From positions 1 through 62,492 of IMG/VR virus record IMGVR_UViG_3300047477_000250: 62,492 nt of DNA; one strand, written 5' to 3'. The position numbers and the translations under genes are program-made. Under the pieces are notes generated by a model. That model was not told the origin of the DNA. It was given only the letters and a program-made list of their open reading frames with translations, and ran no database searches. The stretch's first letter is position 1. Every line of letters starts with the position of its first letter. Of this stretch, positions 19,217-30,375 are shown piece by piece. The DNA is from a virus (Duplodnaviria > Caudoviricetes).

Positions 19217-21447
19217 ATGACAAATACGTTTACAGATACTACTTCAAATGATTCTACTGTGAATGGGGAGGATACTGTTGCTACGGCTTCAGTATCTTCA
19301 CCTGAAGTTCAAGAAGAATTAAAGACGAAGGAACCTCCAAAGATTCCTAATAATATTTATTTACAGCAACCTAATGAAGCTGAACGTACAGTTTTGCTTA
19401 ATGAAAATTTTAATATTTTTCAAATTAGTGGTATGGTAAATACTTTAAAAAGTGCTGTTAATCCTTTACATCATATGTTAAAACAAAAGAGTAAAGTGTT
19501 TATCTTTGGTGCTGGTGGTACTACCTCGTGGTTTTTACCTAAATTATTGAAGATCTATAATGATGCATTTCATAAAGTACCTAGTTTACGTTATGATTTA
19601 CAAATTGTATTAATAGATGCAGATCAGGTTTAACTCTATATAATTCCAAGTTATGTAGAATTACAAATTTAAATTTGTTTGGACCTGAATAAACCCTTTC
19701 TGATCGACTAGGAACTCCATACTAAGGACAATTAGGCGCAAGCATACCATACTGTATTAACTACAGTAGAATCGGTAGGGCAGCGTGAACGCAGTAAGCG
19801 ATAGGGAGAATAATGTAGTGATTATATTATTCTATGCAGTACTCTGATCTACAAATATATAGTAGTTTAATTAAATAGTAATAGCATAGTTTGCTAGTAG
19901 TCTAATTGGATAGGCAACGGATTTCTACTCCGTCAATATGCAGGTTCGAATCCTGTCTAGCAAACTATGCTATTATCTCCGAGTAGTTCAGTGATAGAAT
20001 GCAGGCTTTGGGAGCTTGTGGTCGAAGGTTTGAGTCCTTCCTCGGAGACCATAATTTAATTAAATAAAATTGTAGACTAAGACAGAAATGATCTTGGAAA
20101 GTAAAACTAAATGGAAGTAATGGGAGAATTAGCTGATCCCGTCGGACTGTAACTCCGATGACCACCATATCATGTACGTGCAATTCGTACTACTTCCACC
20201 ATATTTATTATTAAAGTTTATTCTTATTGCTCTCGCATAGCTCAGTTGGTAGAGCGACGGACTGTTAATCCGCAGGTCCCTGGTTCGATCCCAGGTGTGA
20301 GAGCAATAAGAATAAATGTTATATTTTAGGAAGATCAACCCAAAAGCTGGCGATGGGAACTGTCTTGAAAACAGTCGAGTGCTTTGCGCCTTGAGAGTTC
20401 GACCCTCTCATCTTCCGCCATATTAAAGAGAGTAAACCATCAAGGGATGTGCTCCACCTGCTAAGTGGATGGACCGTTATAGGTTGAGCTTCGATTGCTC
20501 TACTCTCTGCCATTAATATGTAAGATACATAATAATATAAAGTTTTATTTTTAACAAAATTGGAAACTAAAAATTTAATTCGTCAGAACTTCATTAGTCC
20601 TGATGTGAATCGTAATAAAGCAGAAGTATTATCAGAAAGATATGATGCGTTATATCCTAATATTTCTGTTACATATGTACCAAAATATGCTACATATGCT
20701 AACTTTGATACTAAGTATCTTCCTAATAATAAGTATCCAGAGGAACATTTTGTATGTTTAAACCAATTAGGTATTAATAAAAAAGATATACTTATTAACT
20801 TAGTTGATAATGAAGGTTTCAAGAAGAAGTTGGATTTCTTTATAGCTCGTTATAAGAATCCTATGTTTGCTGCTGGTGTTAATTTATTTAATGGTCAAGT
20901 TTATTATAGTAATAATAAGCATACAAATGGTTACGTTTACGATCACCCTGACTTATTAGATATCTTTGATGAAGTATCTATTCATGCCTGTGCTGATCAT
21001 GATGCTAACGGTACTGATGACAATCCTGAACAATTGTTCAATGGTAATGATGTAGCTGCTTCTTTATTAGCTAACTTGTATCAAACTGTACTTACTTCTA
21101 TTCCTTTATACAAACGTATTAACTTTGTATCTGGTGATAATATGAATGTAAGTGTTGGTGAACGTAATTACTCTGTTTTATTTGAGCATATTAAGAACTA
21201 TACAAAGAATCATAATGAAGAGCTTACTAAAGCTAGAAATTATTTTGAACGTTATGGTTACTTACCTACTAAGACATCTGTTAGATACTTTGAACTTTTA
21301 AAACAGAATCATAAATTTTTAAATTTTAAATCTATTTATGAGACTGGAGAAATTTTAGAAGAACCTACTGTTTCAGAGCTTACTAAAGAAAGTACAGTAA
21401 GTACTGCTCAAGAGACTATTAGAATAGAACAAGAAGTTGTAGCATAA
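19217..21447 (+). CDS. ThiF/E1-like adenylyltransferase; exons 19217-19630 and 20563-21447 (432 aa)
   Basis: GAGGT nucleotide-binding loop; splicing restores DADQV|ETKNLIRQNF; NKAEVL; VDN. Confidence 0.9.
19891..19964 (+). tRNA. tRNA-Arg(TCT), no encoded CCA, extended acceptor stem
   Basis: ACGGA-TTTCTAC-TCCGT anticodon arm; TTCGAAT. Confidence 0.85.
19977..20051 (+). tRNA. tRNA-Pro(TGG)
   Basis: CTCCGAG/CTCGGAG+ACCA; loop TTTGGGA. Confidence 0.92.
20113..20201 (+). tRNA. tRNA-Tyr(GTA)
   Basis: GGAAGTA/TACTTCC+ACCA; TCGGA-CTGTAAC-TCCGA; long variable arm; atypical T loop. Confidence 0.85.
20231..20303 (+). tRNA. tRNA-Asn(GTT), no encoded CCA, extended acceptor stem
   Basis: Canonical D/T arms; loop CTGTTAA. 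Confidence 0.9.
20329..20420 (+). tRNA. tRNA-Ser(TGA)
   Basis: GGAAGAT/ATCTTCC+GCCA; loop CTTGAAA; long variable arm. Confidence 0.92.
20427..20512 (+). tRNA. tRNA-Ser(GCT)
   Basis: AGAGAGT/ACTCTCT+GCCA; TCCAC-CTGCTAA-GTGGA. Confidence 0.85.
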
Positions 21448-21459
21448 GGTAGTACTATA

Positions 21460-21627
21460 ATGATAGTTTGTATTTGTAATCCAACATCAGATACAGAGAT
21501 TATTAATGCTTGTAAAAGAGTTAGTAGTGAAGCTGAATTAAAGGATGTATTAAATATTTGTCAGTGTTGTAAAAGCTGTACAGAAGAAATACATTCCTTA
21601 TACAAACACAATAAAAATAAAAAATAA
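21460..21627 (+). CDS. BFD-like [2Fe-2S] ferredoxin
   Basis: MIVCICN...CQCCKSC (read manually, 55 aa). Confidence 0.75.
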   Translation: MIVCICNPTSDTEIINACKRVSSEAELKDVLNICQCCKSCTEEIHSLYKHNKNKK

Positions 21628-22257
21628 TTGAGTTGCAGACAATAGGATGTCAATACATAATTAATGTAGCTAGAAAGCAATTTCTAAAGTTTCGAGACTT
21701 AACTCAATTTATTTACTTAAGGTTTTACCTTTATGAATGAAAAATCGCAAGTGATTAGAATAACTTTATCTGAATTTTTATATAGAGTTAGTGTTTTAAA
21801 ATCCCTAGATATACTAGGCTTATTATTTATTTCTTTTTTATTTTATTATTTTATTCCAATTATATTTATAAATTTAACATTTAATTATAGTAATTATTTA
21901 ATATTCTTTAGTTTACTTGCAATCTTTATTCAATGGTATAACAATAGTACGAAAGTATTTTTTGTTATACCTTCTTTTCATTACTTTATAATTTTACTAG
22001 TGTCTTCTTATTATTTATGACTATTGAACAAACTATACATACTTTTAATACTTTATCTGATTTAGTTAGAGTAGTTTCTAAATTAAAGAAAGCATATCCT
22101 GATATTCCTGTGATTTGCATGAGTCAGTATACTAATCTTAATAAATTAACTTTAGGTTATACTAATGATAGTTTAGAGATTAAGGATGAAAATATTTTAA
22201 CAATAAAAGAATATGAAAGTTTAGAAAATAAAGAAAATTATAAACTCGTTATGGTAC

Positions 22258-22653
22258 TTGGTTAATATGTTAATTACAATTATATTTATATTATTCGTTC
22301 ATTTTATTGCTGATTTTTTAATGCAAAATTCATGGCTGGCTCAAAATAAAAGTAAAAATAATATTCCTTTATTTACACATGTAGTTGTTTATTCTTTAAT
22401 TCTCTTAATTCCCTCCTTCTGTATATTTAAGTCTCCTGAACTAGCTTGGTATTTTGCAATCCTTAATGGTGTTTTACATTATTGCGTTGATTATATAACA
22501 AGTAGGTTATCATCTTACATGTATAAAACTAATCAAACGGGCACAAACTTTTTACCTAATATAAGTTTCTGGTCTATTATTGGTTTTGATCAATTCTTAC
22601 ATTCCCTTATGTTACTCTTTACTCTGTTTTATTTTATGGGATGGCCTTATTAA
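22258..22653 (+). CDS. DUF3307 family membrane protein
   Basis: HFIADF.MQ, H...Y, HY..D, GFDQ.LH. Confidence 0.8.
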   Translation: MVNMLITIIFILFVHFIADFLMQNSWLAQNKSKNNIPLFTHVVVYSLILLIPSFCIFKSPELAWYFAILNGVLHYCVDYITSRLSSYMYKTNQTGTNFLPNISFWSIIGFDQFLHSLMLLFTLFYFMGWPY

Positions 22654-23462
22654 TGTCTTCAACTAACAAATTAAAAATCTTATTACATTCAGATACCCAT
22701 TTAAATAACGAATCAGAAGTAGATGATTTTTTAACTTCTCTTCCTCCTGAAGATACATATGACATTTCTGTTTTTGCAGGTGACATAACTAATGGTAAAG
22801 TGCACTTAATTAAATATTTAATATCTAAATTAAGTAAACCTGCTTATTTAGTTTGTGGTAATCATGACTACTATAATAATAACATTATGGATGTTAATAA
22901 ATATTTATTAGACGCTGGTCTTAATCTTCTTAAAGAAGGTGTAAGTTATACATACAACCATAATGGTGTTGAATATACATTAGTTGGTGGTACGACATGG
23001 ACTTCTTTTTTATCGGATGGGCGTAAAGCTAGACATGCTGCAAGAAAAGCTGCGTTTAATTCTATTGCAGATTTCCATTGTATTAAATATGGTGAATCTA
23101 AATTATCTTTAGACTTAATGGAATATCTACATTTAAAAGATTGGAATTGGATAGCTAAGTTTAATAATAAACCTAATACAATAATCGTGACTCATTTTCC
23201 ATGTTCTCTAAGTGCTCAAAATGAACGTTGGAAAGGTAATATTTTAAATCCTTATTTCATTAATGCTAAAATTACAACAGGCTTTAATTTATTTCTTAGT
23301 GGTCATACGCACGATGGTTGTGATGTAATAGATAAGTTTGGTTGTAGACATGTAATTAATCCTTTAGGTTATAAAAATGAGTTTTTAAGAATCAAGTTTC
23401 CAAACGATCAAGCTATTGCTGGTTTTAATAGATATCATTCTCATAAAATTATTGAATATTGA
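22641..23462 (+). CDS. Metallophosphoesterase (calcineurin-like)
   Basis: SDTH, GD, GNHD, TH, GHTH. Confidence 0.9.
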   Translation: MALLMSSTNKLKILLHSDTHLNNESEVDDFLTSLPPEDTYDISVFAGDITNGKVHLIKYLISKLSKPAYLVCGNHDYYNNNIMDVNKYLLDAGLNLLKEGVSYTYNHNGVEYTLVGGTTWTSFLSDGRKARHAARKAAFNSIADFHCIKYGESKLSLDLMEYLHLKDWNWIAKFNNKPNTIIVTHFPCSLSAQNERWKGNILNPYFINAKITTGFNLFLSGHTHDGCDVIDKFGCRHVINPLGYKNEFLRIKFPNDQAIAGFNRYHSHKIIEY

Positions 23463-24832
23463 TTATGTCTAAAGATCCTTTACTTTTATATGATGTTAGA
23501 ATAAATCTTAATGAACAGATTGTAGGTTCGCATCATAATATTGCTTTTAATAACTTAGACTGGTACATAAGAGATTATGAAGCTCATTTAGATTTCTATA
23601 ATGAAGATTTTTTAACAATACCTTCTTTTTTATTTATGCTTTGTGATTTTCCTCAAATTTTAAAACCTACAGCAGACTTTACTTCTTACAGTCTGAAACA
23701 ATTCTTAGGCTCTCCCACTATAGTGAATTACAATATAATGACAAGCTTACAAAATAAAAATACTGGTAGTAATACGAATTCTATTTATTTCTCTTCGTTT
23801 AAAGATCAATTTATTTATAACTATCACAAGACTGTATTTGATAATAAATTAACAGCTTTCTCTGGTTCTTCTAATAACTTAATTTTAAAACAAACATTTG
23901 ATGAACTTTTAAGTTTCTCAGAAGTAAAATATCACAGTAATATTGATGATCCTACTAGTGATGTTTATGAATGTTTTATTAATGAGCATACACATTATAG
24001 AATAACTCATCTTAAAGATAAAAATCAATATCGTTTAAATCTGTTTTTTACTTATGATGACGAGCTTAAAGAGTATTTTAAAAACATTAGTTACTTAAAA
24101 ACACCACCTACTATCTCATGGGTAACTGGGGTAAATAGCAATGGCGAATTAATTATTGATTATATTCCTGTTGAATGTCCTGATTTTATTCATGATTCTT
24201 TTTACCCTTGGTTAGGTGTTAAAGAAGATGGTACTCCTTTAAATCTTGATGAATACATTGATTCATTTATAAATAGTAATGAGTCAGTATTATTACTTTA
24301 CGGTGAGAAAGGTCAAGGTAAGAGTACACTATTAAAATATCTTCTCCATAAATCAGGAAATAATGCAATGATTACCTATCAAGATAATATTGCAGATTTA
24401 GATATTCTCTTTTCTAGTTTTATGAATAGTGAAGATAAAATCTTAATTATTGAAGATGCAGAAACTTTCTTAACTAAGAGAGAATCTGGTAATAGTAGTA
24501 TGAGACGTTTATTAAATATTGCTGATGGTTTAACATCACGTAAAGATAAGAAAGTAGTATTTACGACTAACTTGTCTTCACTGAGTCGTATTGATGACGC
24601 CTTACTTCGTGACGGTAGATGTTATGATGCAGTTAAGTTTGAAGTCTTCACTAAAGAAGAATCTAGAGCTATTGCAACTATTTTAAATATTGATCATAAC
24701 CTATTAACTAAAGATGAATATATTTTAGCTGAGTTATTTGCTATTAGTAATAATAAACTTAAACGTAAAAAGTTAAGAGCTGGTAACGTTGTACAAGTTG
24801 AAAGAAGTCATACTGGAATTGGTTTTGGATGA
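23459..24832 (+). CDS. AAA+ ATPase
   Basis: GEKGQGKS, IIEDAE, TTN, D.ALLR.GR. Confidence 0.88.
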   Translation: MIMSKDPLLLYDVRINLNEQIVGSHHNIAFNNLDWYIRDYEAHLDFYNEDFLTIPSFLFMLCDFPQILKPTADFTSYSLKQFLGSPTIVNYNIMTSLQNKNTGSNTNSIYFSSFKDQFIYNYHKTVFDNKLTAFSGSSNNLILKQTFDELLSFSEVKYHSNIDDPTSDVYECFINEHTHYRITHLKDKNQYRLNLFFTYDDELKEYFKNISYLKTPPTISWVTGVNSNGELIIDYIPVECPDFIHDSFYPWLGVKEDGTPLNLDEYIDSFINSNESVLLLYGEKGQGKSTLLKYLLHKSGNNAMITYQDNIADLDILFSSFMNSEDKILIIEDAETFLTKRESGNSSMRRLLNIADGLTSRKDKKVVFTTNLSSLSRIDDALLRDGRCYDAVKFEVFTKEESRAIATILNIDHNLLTKDEYILAELFAISNNKLKRKKLRAGNVVQVERSHTGIGFG

Positions 24833-25961
24833 TTAAATTAACTCATGAAGATAATATTAAACAAAGTATAGCAATACATAAACGGTAAAACTATACTTTG
24901 CATTCCTTCTAAAAAAGTACCTTCTTCTCTTGTTAATTTTTGTTTTATTTCAACTAATGTGTACTATAAATATAGTAGGTATTATTATCCAAAGATAGTA
25001 CCTAAATCTACTAAAGATTATACTTACATTGGTTGTTATGCTCATGGTCTATTTAAATGTACTATGAGTAATCATAAACAAGGCAGAGGATGTCCTAAGT
25101 GTGCTGTAGAGTTAAGAAAGAAATTATGTACTATTACTTTTGATGAATATTTGAATATCTTTAAACAAATACATCGGTAATACATATAAGTATATCGAGA
25201 CTACTAAGAGAGAATCAGATAAATTTACTGTAGTGTGTAAAATACATGGTAAATTTAAAATTACTCCTAAGCACCATAGAAGAGGGCAAGGTTGTCCTAA
25301 GTGCGGATTAATAAAATCTTCAAAGAGTTTAATTATATCTCAAGAACAAAATTTAAAAGTATTTAAAAATAAACATAGTTACAATTCTATTATAAACTAT
25401 AAATTGATATCTAAACAGAAATCAAACTATAAATTGTTAACTTACATTGGTTATAATAATTATAATTGCATAAATAAGTATCAATATCTTTCTAATAATT
25501 ATAAAAATACAAGTAAAATAAAAATAGTATGTAGTGTACACGGAGTATTTAAACGAAGTGTTAAATTACATAAAGAAGGTTCTGGGTGTCCTCGTTGTAA
25601 TCAACTTAACTTAAAAGGTGGTTGGTCTTATAAAGAATGGATGAACAAAGCAAGTACTTCTAAGAATTTTGATGGTTATAAAGTATACATATTACTTATT
25701 AATAACAATGATTCTAATGAAGAACAATTTATTAAAATTGGAAGAACTTATACTTCCGTACATAAACGTTTTCAAAACAAATTAAATTATTCTTATACTA
25801 TTATAAAAGAAATAAGTTTTGAAGATGCAAAAGAGTGTTGTGATTATGAATCTTATTTATTAAGTTCATTAAAGCAATATTCACATAAACCTTTAAAACA
25901 TTTCTCAGGAAAATCCGAATGTTTTAATTTAGAAGGTTTAAAAATATTAAGATTAAATTAG
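24829..25961 (+). CDS. Zn-finger/GIY-YIG-like homing endonuclease, recoded at CGGT 24883 and 25175 (376 aa)
   Basis: Frames join exactly at two CGGT sites. Confidence 0.8.
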
Positions 25962-25970
25962 GTATAACTA

Positions 25971-26327
25971 ATGTCTGAACAAAATACTAACACGTTTGAA
26001 GCTGCTTTTGAAGAACAACGTAGACAAAATGAAGAAACATTATTTAAAATTGGAGAAGAGCTTAAAGGTATTTTTTCTGACGAAAAACAATGTGAAGTTG
26101 TAACAGAACTATATCGTCAAGTATTCAAAGTATCTTTTGATATTGAAGAACTAAATAGACAAAGTATCTTTTTAAGTTCTTTTATTGATGGTCTTCAAGA
26201 ACACTTAGTAGGCGAAGGTAAAACTATCCCAGAAGAAGCTTATATTGACTCGTGTCAAAAAGCTTTCCAAGCTAGTGTTGATGAAATCAATAAAGCTTTT
26301 GCTGAAATGACAAAAGAAACTGAATAA
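25971..26327 (+). CDS. hypothetical protein
   Basis: ORF track. Confidence 0.65.
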   Translation: MSEQNTNTFEAAFEEQRRQNEETLFKIGEELKGIFSDEKQCEVVTELYRQVFKVSFDIEELNRQSIFLSSFIDGLQEHLVGEGKTIPEEAYIDSCQKAFQASVDEINKAFAEMTKETE

Positions 26328-26435
26328 TATTACTTTTAAGTATTAGTGAATGTTTATTATAAATATATTATTTCAAAAAGTAACCCTCTATACAATTACT
26401 GAAAATTTAAAAATAAGGAAAAATGGTGGAACCGT

Positions 26436-26909
26436 ATGAAAAAATTATTTATATATATTTTCTCAATATTAAGTATTATACTTATTAATACTAATCGAAT
26501 TGCTTTAGCTGATGATAATACTTCATTAGCTAATGTCAATGCACAAAATGAAATTAGTTGCCTTGCTAGAGCAATCTATTTCGAATCTAAGGGTGGTTTA
26601 GAACGAGACATGAAAGATGTTGGTCATGTAGTTCTTAATAGAGCTAATAGCCCTAAATTCCCCTCAGATGTATGTTCAGTTGTTTATCAAAGAACACCTA
26701 GAGTATGTCAATTCTCATGGGTCTGTACTCCTCATAGAGTAAAAGAATATAGAGAATATAACAAATCTATGGAATATGCTCAAGAATTATTGCGTCAAGA
26801 AAAAGTAGGTAATCGTAGAGATACTACTAATGGTGCTTTATTCTTCAGAGTAACAAATAAACGCACAACCGCATGTCATGTTAATAATCAACATGCATTC
26901 TTTAAATAA
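26436..26909 (+). CDS. Cell wall hydrolase (SleB/Hydrolase_2)
   Basis: CLARAIYFESKG, V.LNR, P..VC.VVYQ, QFSW; signal peptide. Confidence 0.9.
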   Translation: MKKLFIYIFSILSIILINTNRIALADDNTSLANVNAQNEISCLARAIYFESKGGLERDMKDVGHVVLNRANSPKFPSDVCSVVYQRTPRVCQFSWVCTPHRVKEYREYNKSMEYAQELLRQEKVGNRRDTTNGALFFRVTNKRTTACHVNNQHAFFK

Positions 26910-26927
26910 TATCTTATTTTAATAAAC

Positions 26928-27290
26928 GTGATGAATTTACAAAATATTTTAAAAGTAATTAATACCTCTATTAAGAGTCCTGTCGTCAGTAATGGTGGGT
27001 ACTCTTTAGATGTATTTGCACCAACAGAATTATATTTAATTCCTAATGCACATATTTCGATAAAATCAGGTTTTTCTTTAAATTTACCTGAACCTTTAGT
27101 TGGCTTATTAGCTACTAAAGTTAATTTACGAGACCAGTTTATGGTTACTACTGGTCAGTTAATTTATCCAAATGATGATGTAGAATTAACTATTAATCTT
27201 AAATATATTGGATTAAATACTATATATGTTAGAAAAGACGATCCTTTATTTCAAATAACTATTTTAACAGGAAATAAATTAAATGACTAA
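26928..27290 (+). CDS. Degenerate trimeric dUTPase-like protein
   Basis: G..LD.FAP, I.SGF...LP, I.V.K.D...Q pattern; catalytic motifs eroded. Confidence 0.5.
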   Translation: MMNLQNILKVINTSIKSPVVSNGGYSLDVFAPTELYLIPNAHISIKSGFSLNLPEPLVGLLATKVNLRDQFMVTTGQLIYPNDDVELTINLKYIGLNTIYVRKDDPLFQITILTGNKLND

Positions 27291-27871
27291 TGCTATTTTA
27301 ATTGCATCTTCAGGTCAACGGAACTGGTAAAAGTTATCTATCTAGACATTTAGTTGAAATAGGTCTTGCTCAAGAACACACTGGATTCGCTATACCAATT
27401 AAACGACTAGTCTATGCTTTATATAAATCTTTTAATAATAAAGATTTACTTTCATATGAAGAATTTGCACAAGATAGAAAAAATGATCCTATCTTTTATA
27501 ATGGATTATCTCCTAGAGATTTCGTATGTGCTTATTCTGATATGATACAGCAATTTTATAGTCCTAATATCTGGAGTGAAACTACATATTCTTTTATTAC
27601 AAAAGGATCTACAGTAGTCATTGATGATTGGCGTAGACTTATAGAATCTGATTATTTAAAAAATCAAAAAGATATAAATGTAATTACTCTTTATTTAGAC
27701 ATAGAAAAGACTAGTACTACTACAGATAATACTCCTTCTAAAGGCTCAGCTCATTATGAAGGTGGAATAAAACCCGAAGATTGTGATTTATACTTTAAAT
27801 ATAAATCAGATTATTCTAACTTTAACGAATTGATTCAGTTACTAACTAATCATCTTAATACTCTAAAATAA
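27283..27871 (+). CDS. dNMP kinase, recoded at CGGA 27319 (195 aa)
   Basis: MTNAILIASSGQ[G]TGKS P-loop; FA..IK; IDDWR. Confidence 0.8.
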
Positions 27872-28127
27872 ATATGTTAAAAAATATTAATAATACACTC
27901 TCTATTGGAAATCATTTTAATGGCTAAATCAGTGATTGGTGGTTTTCAGAAAATTCCTAAAAAGAATAAGTACAGAGAAGATGAGTGGGTTTCAGAGAAA
28001 TCTAAAAAGAATAAAACAAAAAGAACTAGATCCGCTAATGAAGAGCATGTAGATAAATCTCTAGATAGCTTTTATGAAGAAGATTACGAACAAAAAGAAA
28101 ATTATAATTAATAAAAGAGATTAATGA

Positions 28128-28628
28128 ATGCAATTAATGCAAGATTTAACAGCTAATTTTATGAAGACTTTTGGTCAATGGGATGGATTAACTTATCTAT
28201 CGATACCTAAACCTAAAGATGAAGCAGAATTAAGTATATATAAATTACGTCTTAAGCTATGTGTGGAAGAAACATTTGAATTATTCGAAGCTATGTTAAC
28301 TACAGATGCATATCAGCCTTTCGATAAAATGTTATCTGATATTAATAGCTATATCGAACAAATTACCTTAGAACAACTTAATATTGATCCTGTAAGTATA
28401 TATGATTCTTTATTGGATCAAGAGGTTGTAAATCATGGTTTTGCTAATTTACTTGGCTTAGACATGAACGAAGGTATGAAAGAAGTTTATAGATCAAATA
28501 TGTCGAAGCTTGGAAAAGATGGTAAACCTATTTATAGAGAAGATGGAAAGGTAATGAAATCAGAACTTTATTCACCTCCAGATTTACTAAGTATTTATAA
28601 TAAAACTAAATATACTTTTACAGGGTAA
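28128..28628 (+). CDS. MazG-like/PRA-PH NTP pyrophosphohydrolase
   Basis: EE..E, SNMSK, YREDGKV.K. Confidence 0.85.
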   Translation: MQLMQDLTANFMKTFGQWDGLTYLSIPKPKDEAELSIYKLRLKLCVEETFELFEAMLTTDAYQPFDKMLSDINSYIEQITLEQLNIDPVSIYDSLLDQEVVNHGFANLLGLDMNEGMKEVYRSNMSKLGKDGKPIYREDGKVMKSELYSPPDLLSIYNKTKYTFTG

Positions 28629-28849
28629 GTAATGAACATTCATATTCAAAATATTGCGAAAGTGATTAATAGTGTATACATAGCTTGGGGCTTAGTAGTT
28701 AATTCTTTAATAGCTCTTTTATATAGTTTTTATAGTAGTATATACAACTGGGAATTTTATTTTTATTTAGTTACTTTTATTTTATTTCTTCCTACTTTAG
28801 TTCAGCACCATGTATTGAAAACTGTAGATGAGTGGGGTAATAAAAATAA

Positions 28850-29734
28850 ATGAATTTAGAAGAACAACAAGTAATAAATATTTTTCAAGAATTATTAGAT
28901 AAATATGATAAACAAGGTGCTAGAGAAGTTAGAGATGGTCATTCTCGTGTTTCTCTTTTTGGGAAGCAATTACGTTTTGATCTTAGTAAATCTTTTCCTC
29001 TTTTAACTCATAGGCAGTTTTTTGTTAGAGGTATCTTTCATGAATTGATGTGGATGCTTCGTGGACAAACAGATAATAAAATTCTAGAAGATGAAAAAGT
29101 ATATATTTGGTCTCCTTGGAATGGTATTATTAACCCAAGCTATAAAACTGAAATGGGTAAAATATACGGCCACATGTGGCGTAATTTTGGTCATTTAGAA
29201 TTAGATCATATTACGAGACCTTATACTACAGAGTTTTTAGAATCTAAGGGTTTTGACCAAATTGAATGGTTAATAAATGAGATTAAAACAAACCCATACA
29301 GTAGTAGGTTAATATTAACTGGTTGGGATCCTCATATCAGTACTCAAACTCCTAAACAGGCAGTTTTACCTTGTTGTCACACCTTATTCCAATTCTTTGT
29401 AGAAGATGGAAAGTTATCTGGTCAACTCTATATGCGTTCACATGATGTAAGCCTTGCTGGTGGATTTAATCTTGCACAGTATGCCTTGCTTATTATAATC
29501 TTTGCACAGCAGTGCTCTTTGGACGTAGGAGAGCTAGTAATGACTTATGGTGACATACATGCATATGGTAATCAAATCGATGATATACGTGAAATGGTGA
29601 AGCGTGAGACCCATCCATTTCCTCAGATTAAGCTTAATAAAGCTAAAGATCTATATTCTTACGAATGGTCTGATATTGAAATAATTGATTATAAACATTC
29701 TGGTAAGATGGAAAATCTTAAAGTAGCAGTATAG
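28850..29734 (+). CDS. thyA: Thymidylate synthase
   Basis: FPLLT, ELMW, LPCCH, YMRSHD, FN.AQY, GDIH.Y. Confidence 0.95.
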   Translation: MNLEEQQVINIFQELLDKYDKQGAREVRDGHSRVSLFGKQLRFDLSKSFPLLTHRQFFVRGIFHELMWMLRGQTDNKILEDEKVYIWSPWNGIINPSYKTEMGKIYGHMWRNFGHLELDHITRPYTTEFLESKGFDQIEWLINEIKTNPYSSRLILTGWDPHISTQTPKQAVLPCCHTLFQFFVEDGKLSGQLYMRSHDVSLAGGFNLAQYALLIIIFAQQCSLDVGELVMTYGDIHAYGNQIDDIREMVKRETHPFPQIKLNKAKDLYSYEWSDIEIIDYKHSGKMENLKVAV

Positions 29735-29772
29735 CTTTAATGTAAGTTGTTAATAATATTCTTGGAATAATA

Positions 29773-30375
29773 ATGGATTTAGATAAGAACAAAGACTTAT
29801 TTACTAGCGGTACATATCATGGTTATGAAGTAAATGATAACTACTACAAAAGTAAAAGAAACATGAAAGAAATATTAAAAACATTGATATATTGTAGAGA
29901 TAACATAGATAGACCTTTAGCTAATCGTTTCTCCTTATCACTTAATAATGATCATAGTTTTGATATAAAACAACTAACAAGAAAGATCAAAGAATACTTT
30001 AATGAAGATTATGGATTTATATATAGTTTTGAATATGCAGAAAGAAAAGGATTACATTTAGAGATTATGATCATAACAGATCAATCTAAGTACAGTCCTA
30101 AAACAGTATACAGCATGTTGAAGAAGATATGTTTTAATCTGAAAGGTGTAAAAGTAACTGAAAAAGAATATGAAGATGATATAGTCCGTGATGTTGTAGC
30201 TTTAGGATACTTACCAGTTAAAGATAAGTATTTAGAAACAGGAAATAAGTCAGGTCATAACCTTAAAAATCCTATACATTTTAAAGCATGTGTTAGAAGA
30301 GCTTCCTACTTATCAAAGAAAAATGATAAAGAACAAGTACAATACAGAAAAAAGTTTAATACAATAATAGGATAA
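29773..30375 (+). CDS. hypothetical protein (possible HUH-like, HLE motif)
   Basis: ORF track; weak motif only. Confidence 0.45.
   Translation: MDLDKNKDLFTSGTYHGYEVNDNYYKSKRNMKEILKTLIYCRDNIDRPLANRFSLSLNNDHSFDIKQLTRKIKEYFNEDYGFIYSFEYAERKGLHLEIMIITDQSKYSPKTVYSMLKKICFNLKGVKVTEKEYEDDIVRDVVALGYLPVKDKYLETGNKSGHNLKNPIHFKACVRRASYLSKKNDKEQVQYRKKFNTIIG

Larger units (their letters stand above)
19631..20562 (+). mobile_element. Group I intron in ThiF/E1 carrying six tRNA genes
   Basis: P1 TCAGGTT/GGACCTGA with U.G; P4-P7-like core 19690-19850; P9/P9.1/P9.2 helices; ends AACAAAATTG. Confidence 0.88.

Noticed and set aside
19965-20513. Minus-strand ORFs 19965-20183, 20129-20338 and 20319-20513
   Set aside because: Antisense shadows of tRNA genes.
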